A program made the translations under genes and the position numbers. A stretch of DNA of 29,995 nt from Ignavibacteriales bacterium CG12_big_fil_rev_8_21_14_0_65_30_8 (GTDB lineage: Bacteria; Bacteroidota; Ignavibacteria; Ignavibacteriales; Ignavibacteriaceae). Below are positions 8,541 to 17,607 of the stretch, piece by piece. Under the pieces are notes generated by a model. The model was not told the DNA's origin. It saw only the letters and a list, made by a program, of their open reading frames with translations, and searched no databases. The stretch covers positions 1 through 29,995 of the forward strand of contig PFGS01000096.1 of NCBI GenBank assembly GCA_002783525.1, read 5' to 3'. Position 1 is the stretch's first letter, and each line of letters starts with the position of its first letter.

Positions 8541-9356
8541 TTGGCTAAATCATTATTCGAAATATTTAACGATAAAGTAAGTTTGATTTATGAATATGAT
8601 AAATCAAGTCCTCTTTTTGTTAGAAAAGCAAACACAGAAATACTAAAAAATAATATTGATGATGCAATTGATGTCTTAATGAAGGGAATCGAAAATTATC
8701 CTGACTATCCCACGGCATATTTCATTCTTGGTAAAGCTTACGCACTAAAAAATCAATTTAAAGATGCTGAAGATTCATACAAAAAAGGATCTGACCTTAT
8801 TTATTCCAATCCTACTTTTGATTTTTATATGGATGAAATTGAAAATTTAAAATCAGAAAGATTAGTGTTTAATCCCGAAAGAGGAAAAGCTTTTTTAAAG
8901 ACAGAAAATAATATAACAGAAAAAGAAGAACCATCTTTAAATTTTGATGAAAATGTTGAGATTGATAATAGTGACGTTGTTCAAGAAACTACGGAGGATT
9001 TAGTTAAAGATGCAGAAGATATTGAAATTGAAAAAGTAAAAAAGGAAATTAAAAAAAGTACCGGCATTCATGAAGATTTTGAAGAAAAACTTGATGAACT
9101 TGCAAACGAAATTTCTACAGCTAAATTACCTCCAGTTGATAGCACTCCAATCGATAATGTTTCAACAAAAGAGTTTATAAGTGAAGATCCAATGATTATT
9201 TCTGAAACTCTTGCAAAGATATATGAAGCACAAAATGAATTTAAAGAAGCAATTAAAATCTATGAAAAGCTAATAATAAAGCATCCCGATAAAAAAGAAG
9301 AATTTACGAACCGAATATTATCACTAAAGAACAGATCCGACAAAACATCCGATTAA
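8541..9356 (+). CDS. TPR-containing hypothetical protein
   Basis: TTG start 1 nt after the GT2 stop; TPR-like helices at both termini (AYFILGKAY; SETLAKIYEAQ..AIKIYEKL) around an acidic linker. Confidence 0.7.
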   Translation: MAKSLFEIFNDKVSLIYEYDKSSPLFVRKANTEILKNNIDDAIDVLMKGIENYPDYPTAYFILGKAYALKNQFKDAEDSYKKGSDLIYSNPTFDFYMDEIENLKSERLVFNPERGKAFLKTENNITEKEEPSLNFDENVEIDNSDVVQETTEDLVKDAEDIEIEKVKKEIKKSTGIHEDFEEKLDELANEISTAKLPPVDSTPIDNVSTKEFISEDPMIISETLAKIYEAQNEFKEAIKIYEKLIIKHPDKKEEFTNRILSLKNRSDKTSD

Positions 9357-9370
9357 AAAAATTCAATCTT

Positions 9371-9985
9371 ATGATTGATTTAAATAATCTTTCCAAATTA
9401 AACAAGAAATTTTACTCAAAAGATGTAAACATTGTAGCTAAAAAATTACTAGGCAAAGTTTTAGTGCATAATATTGGCGAAACAAAGCTTGCAGGTATTA
9501 TTGTTGAAGTTGAAGCATACGAAGGTAAAACAGATAGAGCTGCTCACACATTTATTGGAAAAACTAAAAGAAATGAAATTATGTTTAACGAAGGCGGATA
9601 TTTATATGTGTATTTTACATATGGAGTTCATTTTTGCTGTAATGTTGTTACAGGCAAAAAGGATGAAGGAACCGCTGTTTTAATAAGGGGAATAGAGCCA
9701 ATTGTTGGAATTGATAAAATGGAAAAAAGTAGATTCGGTTCTAAAAATATACAAGCTAAAAAAATATATGATCTGACAAACGGACCCGGGAAAATTTGCC
9801 AGGCATTTCAAATAAATAAATCTCATTACGGATTTGATTTAACAGATGATAAAATATACTTGCTCAATTACAAAAAAATTAAAGACGAAAACATTATATG
9901 CACAACAAGAATTGGTATAAAAAAATCAATAGATTTACCTTGGCGTTATTATATTAAAGATAATCCATTTGTATCTAAAAAATGA
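9371..9985 (+). CDS. mpg: DNA-3-methyladenine glycosylase (AAG/MPG family)
   Basis: AKKLLGK, IVEVEAY, LYVYFTYGVHFC.NVV, AVLIRGIEP, NGPGK, RIGI..PWR motifs. Confidence 0.92.
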   Translation: MIDLNNLSKLNKKFYSKDVNIVAKKLLGKVLVHNIGETKLAGIIVEVEAYEGKTDRAAHTFIGKTKRNEIMFNEGGYLYVYFTYGVHFCCNVVTGKKDEGTAVLIRGIEPIVGIDKMEKSRFGSKNIQAKKIYDLTNGPGKICQAFQINKSHYGFDLTDDKIYLLNYKKIKDENIICTTRIGIKKSIDLPWRYYIKDNPFVSKK

Positions 9986-11010
9986 TCAAACCAAAAAATT
10001 TACTTATTATCCGAACTGACAGAATTGGTGATGTGGTTTTAACAGTACCTTTAGCTGAATTAATTAAAAAATATTATCCAGATTGTAAAATCACTTTTCT
10101 TGTAAGAAAATACACCAAAGAAATTTTATATAATCACCCGTTTATTGATGAAACAATTATAGCTAAAACAAAAGGAAACAAATTAACATTCTTTGAAAAT
10201 TATAAAATTCTTAAAAATAAAAACTTTGATACGGTGGTTGTAGTTAGTCCAAGTTTTATAATTTCACTTATTATTTTCTTATCTAATACTGAAAATAGAA
10301 TTGGAACAGGTTACAGATGGTATTCATTTTTATTTAATAAAAAAGTATTTGTTCACAGAAAATTTGCTGAAAAGCACGAGTTGGAATTTAACGTTGAATT
10401 ACTAAAAGAAATAGGTATTGATGAAATAATAAATTCGTCAAATGTGAAGTATTCTTTGCAAGTTAATACCAATAATAAAGAAAAAATAGAGAATCTTTTA
10501 AGAGTAAATAATATATTATTATCAAAACCAATTTTTATTATTCATCCAGGTAGCGGTGGCAGCTCAGTTGATTTACCTGCAAATAAATTCAAAGAGTTAA
10601 TACAAAAAATATTAACTGATTTTGATGTTAACATTATTATTACCGGAAGTAAGGAAGAAAAAATAATTTGTCAAAATTTAGTGGTTAATGATTCAATTTT
10701 TAATTTTACCGGAAAGTTAAGTTTATCTGAATTAATTTATTTAATTAATGAATGTAAATTATTTATTTCTAATTCTACCGGTCCTTTGCATATTGCTGCT
10801 GCTTTGAATAAAAATGTTGTAGGTTTTTATCCAAATTTATTGGCATGTTCTTATAAGAGATGGGGACCTTTTGGCTCAAAAACAAAGGTTTTTATACCTC
10901 AAAATGAATGTAAAAATTGTAAATTGGAACAGTGTTCATCAGAAGAATGTATGAATAATATCGATATAGATGATGTAATAAATTATATAAAAAATATAGA
11001 GAAAACATAA
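9982..11010 (+). CDS. GT9 glycosyltransferase (LPS heptosyltransferase WaaF/RfaF-like)
   Basis: LLIIRTDRIGDVVL, IIHPG, GKLSLSEL, ISNSTGPLHIAAA, RWGP; 4-nt overlap with mpg. Confidence 0.9.
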   Translation: MIKPKNLLIIRTDRIGDVVLTVPLAELIKKYYPDCKITFLVRKYTKEILYNHPFIDETIIAKTKGNKLTFFENYKILKNKNFDTVVVVSPSFIISLIIFLSNTENRIGTGYRWYSFLFNKKVFVHRKFAEKHELEFNVELLKEIGIDEIINSSNVKYSLQVNTNNKEKIENLLRVNNILLSKPIFIIHPGSGGSSVDLPANKFKELIQKILTDFDVNIIITGSKEEKIICQNLVVNDSIFNFTGKLSLSELIYLINECKLFISNSTGPLHIAAALNKNVVGFYPNLLACSYKRWGPFGSKTKVFIPQNECKNCKLEQCSSEECMNNIDIDDVINYIKNIEKT

Positions 11011-11021
11011 ATCAAAATAAT

Positions 11022-11834
11022 GTGAATAGAATGAAAGTTAAATTACAAATAGCATCTTTAGTATTAATAATATATTTAATTTCTACTCAATGTAGTTATG
11101 CACAATCTAAAGTAGATTCATTTAGAGTAATTGAAAATAACGCTTTTAAATTAGGTGAAAATCTTACTTTTAAAATTAAGTATGGTTTTGTTACTGCTGG
11201 TATTTCTAAAATGTATGTTAAAGATGAAAAGACATTATCCGGTAGAAAAGTTTATCATGTAATTTTTGAAGTAAATTCTGTTCCTAGTTTTGATTGGATT
11301 TATAAAGTACGAGATAGATACGAAACTTTTATTGATAAGGAAGGTCTTTTCCCGTGGAGGTTTGAACAGCATATTAGAGAGGGTGGATACAAAAGAGATT
11401 ATTCAGCATATTTTGATCAGAGAAATAATAAAGCATTTACAAGTGAAGGAATATTTGATATTCCAGAATATGTACACGATATTATTTCAGCTTTTTATCT
11501 TGCAAGACTTTTTGATTATTCAGATTTAAAAGAAAATGATGAAATTCATCTTAAGAATTTTAATAACGGTAAAACTTTTAACCTTGATGTTGTTTTTAGA
11601 GGCAGAGAAGAAATTGAAGTTCCGGCAGGTAAATTTAAATGTATAATTATTGAACCTTTGGTAAAAGGCGGTGGATTATTTAAAAGCGAGGGAAGTATTT
11701 ATATTTGGTTAACTGATGATTCTCTTAAAGTTCCTGTAAAAGTAAAATCAAAAATTGTTGTCGGTTCTATTGATGCAGTACTATCTGAATATAGCGGATT
11801 AGCAGGTGAAATTTATGCTAAAATTCCCGATTAA
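11022..11834 (+). CDS. DUF3108-family exported protein
   Basis: Signal peptide; F..GE.L.F.I.YG..AG, YKVRDRY.T, VPAGKFKC, IWLTDD..KVPVK..SKI.VGS..A.L pattern. Confidence 0.75.
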   Translation: MNRMKVKLQIASLVLIIYLISTQCSYAQSKVDSFRVIENNAFKLGENLTFKIKYGFVTAGISKMYVKDEKTLSGRKVYHVIFEVNSVPSFDWIYKVRDRYETFIDKEGLFPWRFEQHIREGGYKRDYSAYFDQRNNKAFTSEGIFDIPEYVHDIISAFYLARLFDYSDLKENDEIHLKNFNNGKTFNLDVVFRGREEIEVPAGKFKCIIIEPLVKGGGLFKSEGSIYIWLTDDSLKVPVKVKSKIVVGSIDAVLSEYSGLAGEIYAKIPD

Positions 11835-11902
11835 GACAACAAATTATTTCCATTTATAATAAATTTTTAGGAATTCCATTTTAAATTATATATTTTCTTT
11901 AT

Positions 11903-12874
11903 ATGGAAAAAAACCTTAATGAAGAAAACAATACTGACCAAAATTCTGATATAAATAGAGATGCTAGAATTACATTAAATGGTTTTGAACCGCAAATTTC
12001 TCCTATAACAGCAGCATTTATTGGATTAATAGGCGGCTTTTTTCTCTATCAGTTTGTTGGCGGATTATTAACTTTTATAATTTTTGGTTTTAATATTAAT
12101 GATGCCCATGTAAATGGCTTACGCATAATGACTATGCTGAGTCAGTTACTTTTTATTTTATTACCTGCCCTATTGTTCAGCAAATGGTTTTATAATGATT
12201 TAAATAGAATTCTAAAATTCAAAGCACCAGATTATAGAGAGATAATATTATTTATAATCGGTATTTTTATTCTCACTCCATTACTACAAAACTATGTTTC
12301 TATCCAGAATTATTTTATTAATAAAATGGCGGAAGTTTCTCCATTTATTAATTCTATAAAATCTTTATTAGATTCATTAAATAAATTAGTGGAAAATTCT
12401 TATCAAAATCTTTTGTCAACAAAAACTATATTGGATGCAATTTTTGTAATATTTGTAGTTTCTATTGTTCCGGCAGTTTCTGAAGAAATGATGTTCAGAG
12501 GTTTTATTCAAAGTAGTTTTGAATTAAAACTTAAAGCTAGGTGGGCAATTGTTATCACTGCAGTATTTTTTGGTTTATACCATTTTAATCCCTACGGACT
12601 GGTCCCGTTAATAATTTTAGGACTTTATTTTGGTTTTGCTGCTTATATGAGCCGCTCTATTTTTGTATCTATGATACTACATTTTACAAATAATTTTCTT
12701 GTCGTTATAATGTATTTTATTATTGGCGATAAAGATCTTATAGATTCTTCAGCTACCGGTAATATTGATGTTAGAATATCATTTTTTCTATTAATGATGT
12801 TCGGAGTTATGTTCATTGCTATAGTTTATTTTATATTCCTTTTTTATAAAAAGAAAAAAATTGAGATTATATAA
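11903..12874 (+). CDS. CPBP/Abi-family intramembrane glutamic endopeptidase
   Basis: Multi-TM; EEMMFRG, FFGLYH and HFTNN motifs. Confidence 0.88.
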   Translation: MEKNLNEENNTDQNSDINRDARITLNGFEPQISPITAAFIGLIGGFFLYQFVGGLLTFIIFGFNINDAHVNGLRIMTMLSQLLFILLPALLFSKWFYNDLNRILKFKAPDYREIILFIIGIFILTPLLQNYVSIQNYFINKMAEVSPFINSIKSLLDSLNKLVENSYQNLLSTKTILDAIFVIFVVSIVPAVSEEMMFRGFIQSSFELKLKARWAIVITAVFFGLYHFNPYGLVPLIILGLYFGFAAYMSRSIFVSMILHFTNNFLVVIMYFIIGDKDLIDSSATGNIDVRISFFLLMMFGVMFIAIVYFIFLFYKKKKIEII

Positions 12875-13203
12875 TGGCTGTATGTCCAAATTGCAAATAT
12901 GAATATGTAAAAGGGATAACTATTTGTCCTGATTGCAGAACAAATCTTGTCGATCCAAATTTACTAAAACAACCACCAGCATTAGAAGAAAAAGATTGGA
13001 AAATTATTTTTACTTCAGATCAAGAATATGAAATGCAGATGCTAAAAGATAATTTAGCAAGTGCAGGAATTGAAGCTATGATTTTTTCTCAAAAAGACAG
13101 AAATATACCAACACCAGGCGATCTTTCAATCATTAGTTTATTAGTTAGAAATGAATCTGTAGATGATGCTATAAATTTTATCAATGAAGTTTTAGGGGAA
13201 TAG
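12874..13203 (+). CDS. Zinc-ribbon plus DUF2007-like small protein
   Basis: CPNC..CPDC ribbon followed by W..IF....EYE..MLK..L.SAGI; TAATG overlap with the upstream gene. Confidence 0.7.
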   Translation: MAVCPNCKYEYVKGITICPDCRTNLVDPNLLKQPPALEEKDWKIIFTSDQEYEMQMLKDNLASAGIEAMIFSQKDRNIPTPGDLSIISLLVRNESVDDAINFINEVLGE

Positions 13204-13213
13204 ATAGTAATAA

Positions 13214-14038
13214 ATGACTTTTAGCAATACCTTCCTTCGTGTTTTAGTATCAGTAATTACAATTCCACTTATTCTTTTTATTTGTTATATAGGCGGAGTT
13301 GTATTCTTTATTTTCGTAATGTTTATTGCGTTGGTTTCATATTTTGAATTTACTTCGTTTATAAAAAAAATTGATATAAGTGTAAATTTTTGGGTTGGTT
13401 TTGCCGGTGTTTTGTTTTCACTTCTTAATAATAGATATCATTATTTAGACACATATTCTTTTGTGCTTCTATTTATGCTAATACTTGCTGCTTCAGAACT
13501 ATTCAGAAATGAAGGTTCTACTATAGCAAATATAGGTTCTACATTATTTGGAGTTATTTATTTAGGATTTTTTTCAAGTGCAATTATAGGTATTAGAGAA
13601 ATATTTTCACAAGTAGGAGGTCTATACACTAGAGGCGGTTTTATAATTATTTCAATGTTAGCAACTATTTGGATCTGCGACTCGGCTGCATTTTTTATTG
13701 GAACGGCTTATGGTAAACATAAATTATTTCCCAGAGTAAGCCCTAAAAAAAGCTGGGAGGGAGCTATCTCCGGTTTTATTTTTGCAATTGGAACTATGCT
13801 CTTAGCAAAAATATTAGTCCTGAATTTCTTTAGCTGGAGTACAGTAATAGCAATAGGATTTATAATTGGTGTTTTCGGTCAAATGGGGGATTTGATAGAA
13901 TCACTAATAAAAAGAACTGCAAATGTTAAAGACTCATCAAATCTTATTCCGGGTCACGGTGGAATTTTTGATAGATTTGACTCACTTCTATTTACTGCAC
14001 CAATAATATTTTTATATCTTACATACTTCAGTAAATAA
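13214..14038 (+). CDS. cdsA: Phosphatidate cytidylyltransferase
   Basis: IWICDSAAF, SPKKSWEG, GDLIESLIKR..KDS..LIPGHGGIFDRFDS. Confidence 0.95.
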   Translation: MTFSNTFLRVLVSVITIPLILFICYIGGVVFFIFVMFIALVSYFEFTSFIKKIDISVNFWVGFAGVLFSLLNNRYHYLDTYSFVLLFMLILAASELFRNEGSTIANIGSTLFGVIYLGFFSSAIIGIREIFSQVGGLYTRGGFIIISMLATIWICDSAAFFIGTAYGKHKLFPRVSPKKSWEGAISGFIFAIGTMLLAKILVLNFFSWSTVIAIGFIIGVFGQMGDLIESLIKRTANVKDSSNLIPGHGGIFDRFDSLLFTAPIIFLYLTYFSK

Positions 14039-14052
14039 AAATAATTTAGATC

Positions 14053-15348
14053 TTGAAAAAAAAAGAAACCGTAAATATAATTACGCTCGGGTGTTCAAAA
14101 AACACCGTTGATTCCGAGCGTTTGATGAAACAGATCAATTGTAATAATTTTAATTTAATTGATGATCCGAATAAAGCAGATACTTTAATTATAAACACCT
14201 GTGGTTTTATCGAAGCTGCAAAGGAAGAATCTATAAATACAATTCTTAACGCAGTTAAACAAAAAAAAGAAGGTAAGATAAAAAAAGTAATTGTTGCCGG
14301 ATGCCTGTCAGAAAGATATGCCGATGATTTAAAAGAAGAGATACCTGAAGTTGATGCTTTTTTTGGAACCGAAAAATATGAAGATATATTAAACGAAATT
14401 GGCGGAAAACTTAAAAGAGAACTTTTGGGTGAAAGGACTTTATCCGGTCCTCCTCATACAGCTTATTTAAAAATTTCTGAAGGATGTGACCACCCCTGCT
14501 CTTTTTGTGCCATTCCGCTTATGAGGGGTTTACATAAGTCAAAACCAATTGAAGTGCTTGTAAAAGAAGCCGAGTTTTTGGCAAAAAATAATACTAAAGA
14601 ACTAATATTAATAGCGCAGGATACAACAGATTACGGGAAAGATATTTATGGTGAAAGATGTCTGCATAAATTACTTTCAGAATTGAGTAAAATTGACGGA
14701 ATTAAATGGATTAGAGTAATGTATGCTTATCCATCTCATTTTCCCCAAGAAGTAATTAAAGAAATTGCTGAAAATCCTAAAATTTGCAATTATATTGACA
14801 TCCCTCTTCAACATATTTCCGATAGTGTGCTAAAATCAATGAGAAGAGGAGTAACATCTAATAAAATTAAAGAATTAATTACTGATTTTAGGACAAAAAT
14901 ACCAAATGTTGTAATAAGAACCACTTTTATAGTAGGTTATCCAAATGAAACCGAAAATGAATTTTATTTGTTATGTAAGTATATAGAAGAAGCAAAATTT
15001 GACAGAATAGGTGTATTTACTTTTTCAGTGGAAGAAAATACTTCGAGTTATATTCTTGGAAATCCCATTTCAGAAAAAGTTAAAGAAGAAAGAAAGAATA
15101 AATTAATGGAAATACAAAAAGATATTTCTCATGAAAGCAATCAAAAAATAGTTGGCAAAAATATGGATGTGCTTATTGAAAGGCAGGAAGGTGAATTTTA
15201 TGTGGGCCGCACTTATCGTGATGCACCTGAAGTTGATGGAGAAATACTTATACCAACAAATACTAAAAAAATAATTTTTGGTAATTTTTATAAAGTTAAA
15301 ATTTATGATTGCAATGAATATGATCTATTCGGAAAGATTGTGTTTTAA
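14053..15348 (+). CDS. rimO: Ribosomal protein S12 methylthiotransferase RimO
   Basis: TLGCSKNTVDSE, NTCGFIEAAKEES, SEGCDHPCSFCAIP, IAQDTT.YG, DAPEVDG, TRAM; TTG start. Confidence 0.95.
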   Translation: MKKKETVNIITLGCSKNTVDSERLMKQINCNNFNLIDDPNKADTLIINTCGFIEAAKEESINTILNAVKQKKEGKIKKVIVAGCLSERYADDLKEEIPEVDAFFGTEKYEDILNEIGGKLKRELLGERTLSGPPHTAYLKISEGCDHPCSFCAIPLMRGLHKSKPIEVLVKEAEFLAKNNTKELILIAQDTTDYGKDIYGERCLHKLLSELSKIDGIKWIRVMYAYPSHFPQEVIKEIAENPKICNYIDIPLQHISDSVLKSMRRGVTSNKIKELITDFRTKIPNVVIRTTFIVGYPNETENEFYLLCKYIEEAKFDRIGVFTFSVEENTSSYILGNPISEKVKEERKNKLMEIQKDISHESNQKIVGKNMDVLIERQEGEFYVGRTYRDAPEVDGEILIPTNTKKIIFGNFYKVKIYDCNEYDLFGKIVF

Positions 15349-15358
15349 TGGAGGAAAG

Positions 15359-16645
15359 ATGAAAATTATAACTAGATATTTTATTACTGCAATAATATTG
15401 TTTACTTCAATAATAGTTGGGCAAACTCATAAAACTCCGGTAAAAACAGACCTCGGAGTAGATAATTCTTTTGCACAAGATTTTTTAAATTATAAAACAG
15501 AAAAAGATGGGCAGACTAAAGTAGAAGCTTTTATTCAGGTTCCATATAATAATATTAAATTTATTAAAAGTGATGACGGCTTTTTAGGAAGATATACCAT
15601 AACTTTATCTTTTTTTGATGAAAAAGGAGAAAAATTATTTGCTGAGAAAATATGGAATGAAAAAATATTTATTAAAGATTATAAAACTACAACCTCACGT
15701 TTTACTTATAACATAAGTAGAAAGACTTTTACAGTTAGACCGGGAATGTATGTAATAAGAACAGCTATTGCTGACAAAGAAACTAAAAAAGAGTTAGTAA
15801 AAACTTTGAAGTTTAATGTGCATGATTTCTCAAATGAAGTTGATATAAGCAGTATTTTATTTATTGAAAACAATAACAGTAATGATATTAGCAAAACTAT
15901 AGTTCCAAATGTTACAAGAAATGTTGCTAATCAGCACTTTGGAGTTCCAATTTATTACGAGATTTATTCAAACAAAAAAGATACCGTTTCAATTAATTAT
16001 AAAATATCTGATAAAGAGGAAGAAGATATTTTTACTGAAACTGTAAGTTCTAAAATCGATTCCGGAGTTAATCATATATTATATACAGCTAAAGACACAA
16101 CAATTAGCTTAGGTACATATCAGTTTGAAATATCAATTTCCAATTCTAATAATGAAATGTTAGCGCAATCTAAAAAATTATTTATTTCAAGATGGGCAGG
16201 AGCCCCAACAAATATTGAAGATCTGGAAGCAGCCATTGACCAATTAGAATATATTGCAAGCGATGAACAAATCGATTATATAAATGAAGGCAAAACCAAG
16301 GAAGAAAAAATAAAAAGATATAGAGAGTTTTGGAAATCAAAAGATCCTAATCCGGCAGATGAAGATAACGAAGTGTTTAATGAATACTATAGAAGAATAA
16401 ATTTAGCAAATATCAATTTTTCGCACTATAACAGTCCCGGATGGAGAACGGACAGAGGAATGGTTTATATTGTTTTAGGGCCGCCAAACAATATTGAGAA
16501 CCATCCATTTGATAGCTATAATAAACCTTATGTTGTTTGGGAATATTATGACTTACTTAGAAATTTCACTTTTGTGGATGTAACCGGATTTGGTGATTAC
16601 AGATTAGCAAATCCATTGGATTTTGATTATTACAGATACAGATGA
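15359..16645 (+). CDS. GWxTD domain-containing exported protein
   Basis: GWRTDRGMVYIVLGPP motif with FW..KDP.P upstream; signal peptide from ATG 15359, which has a GGAGG SD (the ORF track start at 15278 overlaps rimO). Confidence 0.88.
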   Translation: MKIITRYFITAIILFTSIIVGQTHKTPVKTDLGVDNSFAQDFLNYKTEKDGQTKVEAFIQVPYNNIKFIKSDDGFLGRYTITLSFFDEKGEKLFAEKIWNEKIFIKDYKTTTSRFTYNISRKTFTVRPGMYVIRTAIADKETKKELVKTLKFNVHDFSNEVDISSILFIENNNSNDISKTIVPNVTRNVANQHFGVPIYYEIYSNKKDTVSINYKISDKEEEDIFTETVSSKIDSGVNHILYTAKDTTISLGTYQFEISISNSNNEMLAQSKKLFISRWAGAPTNIEDLEAAIDQLEYIASDEQIDYINEGKTKEEKIKRYREFWKSKDPNPADEDNEVFNEYYRRINLANINFSHYNSPGWRTDRGMVYIVLGPPNNIENHPFDSYNKPYVVWEYYDLLRNFTFVDVTGFGDYRLANPLDFDYYRYR

Positions 16646-17607
16646 TACTTACTGTTACTTTAAATCCTTTATTAGAAAGAAGGTACTTTTTTAAAAAAGT
16701 AACTGAAGGAAAAGGCAACCGTGCAACTGATCAAGATTTTAGAGCAGGTGGAAAAGGAATTAATGTAAGCCGGCAGTTAAATGTTCTTAAAGTAAAAAAT
16801 CATGTCTTCACTTTTTTCGGTGGAAAAAACGGAAAACTATTCAAAGAAATTCTCTCCAGCGAAAATATCGATTATTCTTCAATTCAAACTAAAACAGAAA
16901 CTAGAGACGGAACAGTTACAGTAAATAATAGCTCTAATTCTGTAACAACATTTTTTGGAATAAATTCTAAAATAACAAAAGAAGAAGTAGCAGCTTTTAA
17001 AACAAAACTGGAAAAAATGATAGTGAATTGTGAAATCGTCGTTTTCTCCGGTAGTTCACCCTGTGAAAACACAGATTCAATTTTCCCATTCGGAATTGCA
17101 AAAGCTAATGAGTATAATAAAATATCTGTATGTGATACTTACGGAAGGCATTTAGAAAATTGTATCTATAGCACGCCAACTATAATTCATAATAATATCT
17201 CTGAAATAGAAAACACTTTTAATATTTCATTAAGTAATGAAAAAGAGAAATTAGATTATCTTCGATCTTTATATAAAAAAAATATAAAGCAGGTATATTT
17301 AACCGATGGAAGTAATCCATTTTATTGTTCAAATTTTGATTATCATTTTAAGATCACTCCACCGCAAATTAAAACTGTTGATGCTTTAGGAAGCGGCGAC
17401 AGTTTTACGGCAGGAATTATTTATACTTGGCATAATAAACTTACTTTTGAAGAAGGATTAAAAATTGCTACTTCTTTGGGAGTGCTAAACGCTGCATCTG
17501 CCAACACTTCCCAAGCTGATTTTATCCAGGCTCAAAAAATATTTAAAAATATTATTGTAAATTCTGTTGGTAAAAAAATGATAAAAATTGATGCAACACC
17601 AACTTAA
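16642..17607 (+). CDS. PfkB-family sugar kinase (1-phosphofructokinase/LacC-like)
   Basis: MILTVTLNP, AGGKGINVSR, DALGSGDSF anion-hole motif. Confidence 0.88.
   Translation: MILTVTLNPLLERRYFFKKVTEGKGNRATDQDFRAGGKGINVSRQLNVLKVKNHVFTFFGGKNGKLFKEILSSENIDYSSIQTKTETRDGTVTVNNSSNSVTTFFGINSKITKEEVAAFKTKLEKMIVNCEIVVFSGSSPCENTDSIFPFGIAKANEYNKISVCDTYGRHLENCIYSTPTIIHNNISEIENTFNISLSNEKEKLDYLRSLYKKNIKQVYLTDGSNPFYCSNFDYHFKITPPQIKTVDALGSGDSFTAGIIYTWHNKLTFEEGLKIATSLGVLNAASANTSQADFIQAQKIFKNIIVNSVGKKMIKIDATPT

Noticed and set aside
11903-12874. Abi/CPBP gene as an anti-phage abortive-infection system
   Set aside because: The CPBP family is a general membrane protease family; the context is housekeeping with no defence or mobile genes.
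7068-14064. A9 tracts (7068-7076 between lptE and GT2; 14056-14064 at the rimO start) as phase-variation switches
   Set aside because: Such runs are common in AT-rich DNA. The first is essentially intergenic, and the rimO frame is intact.
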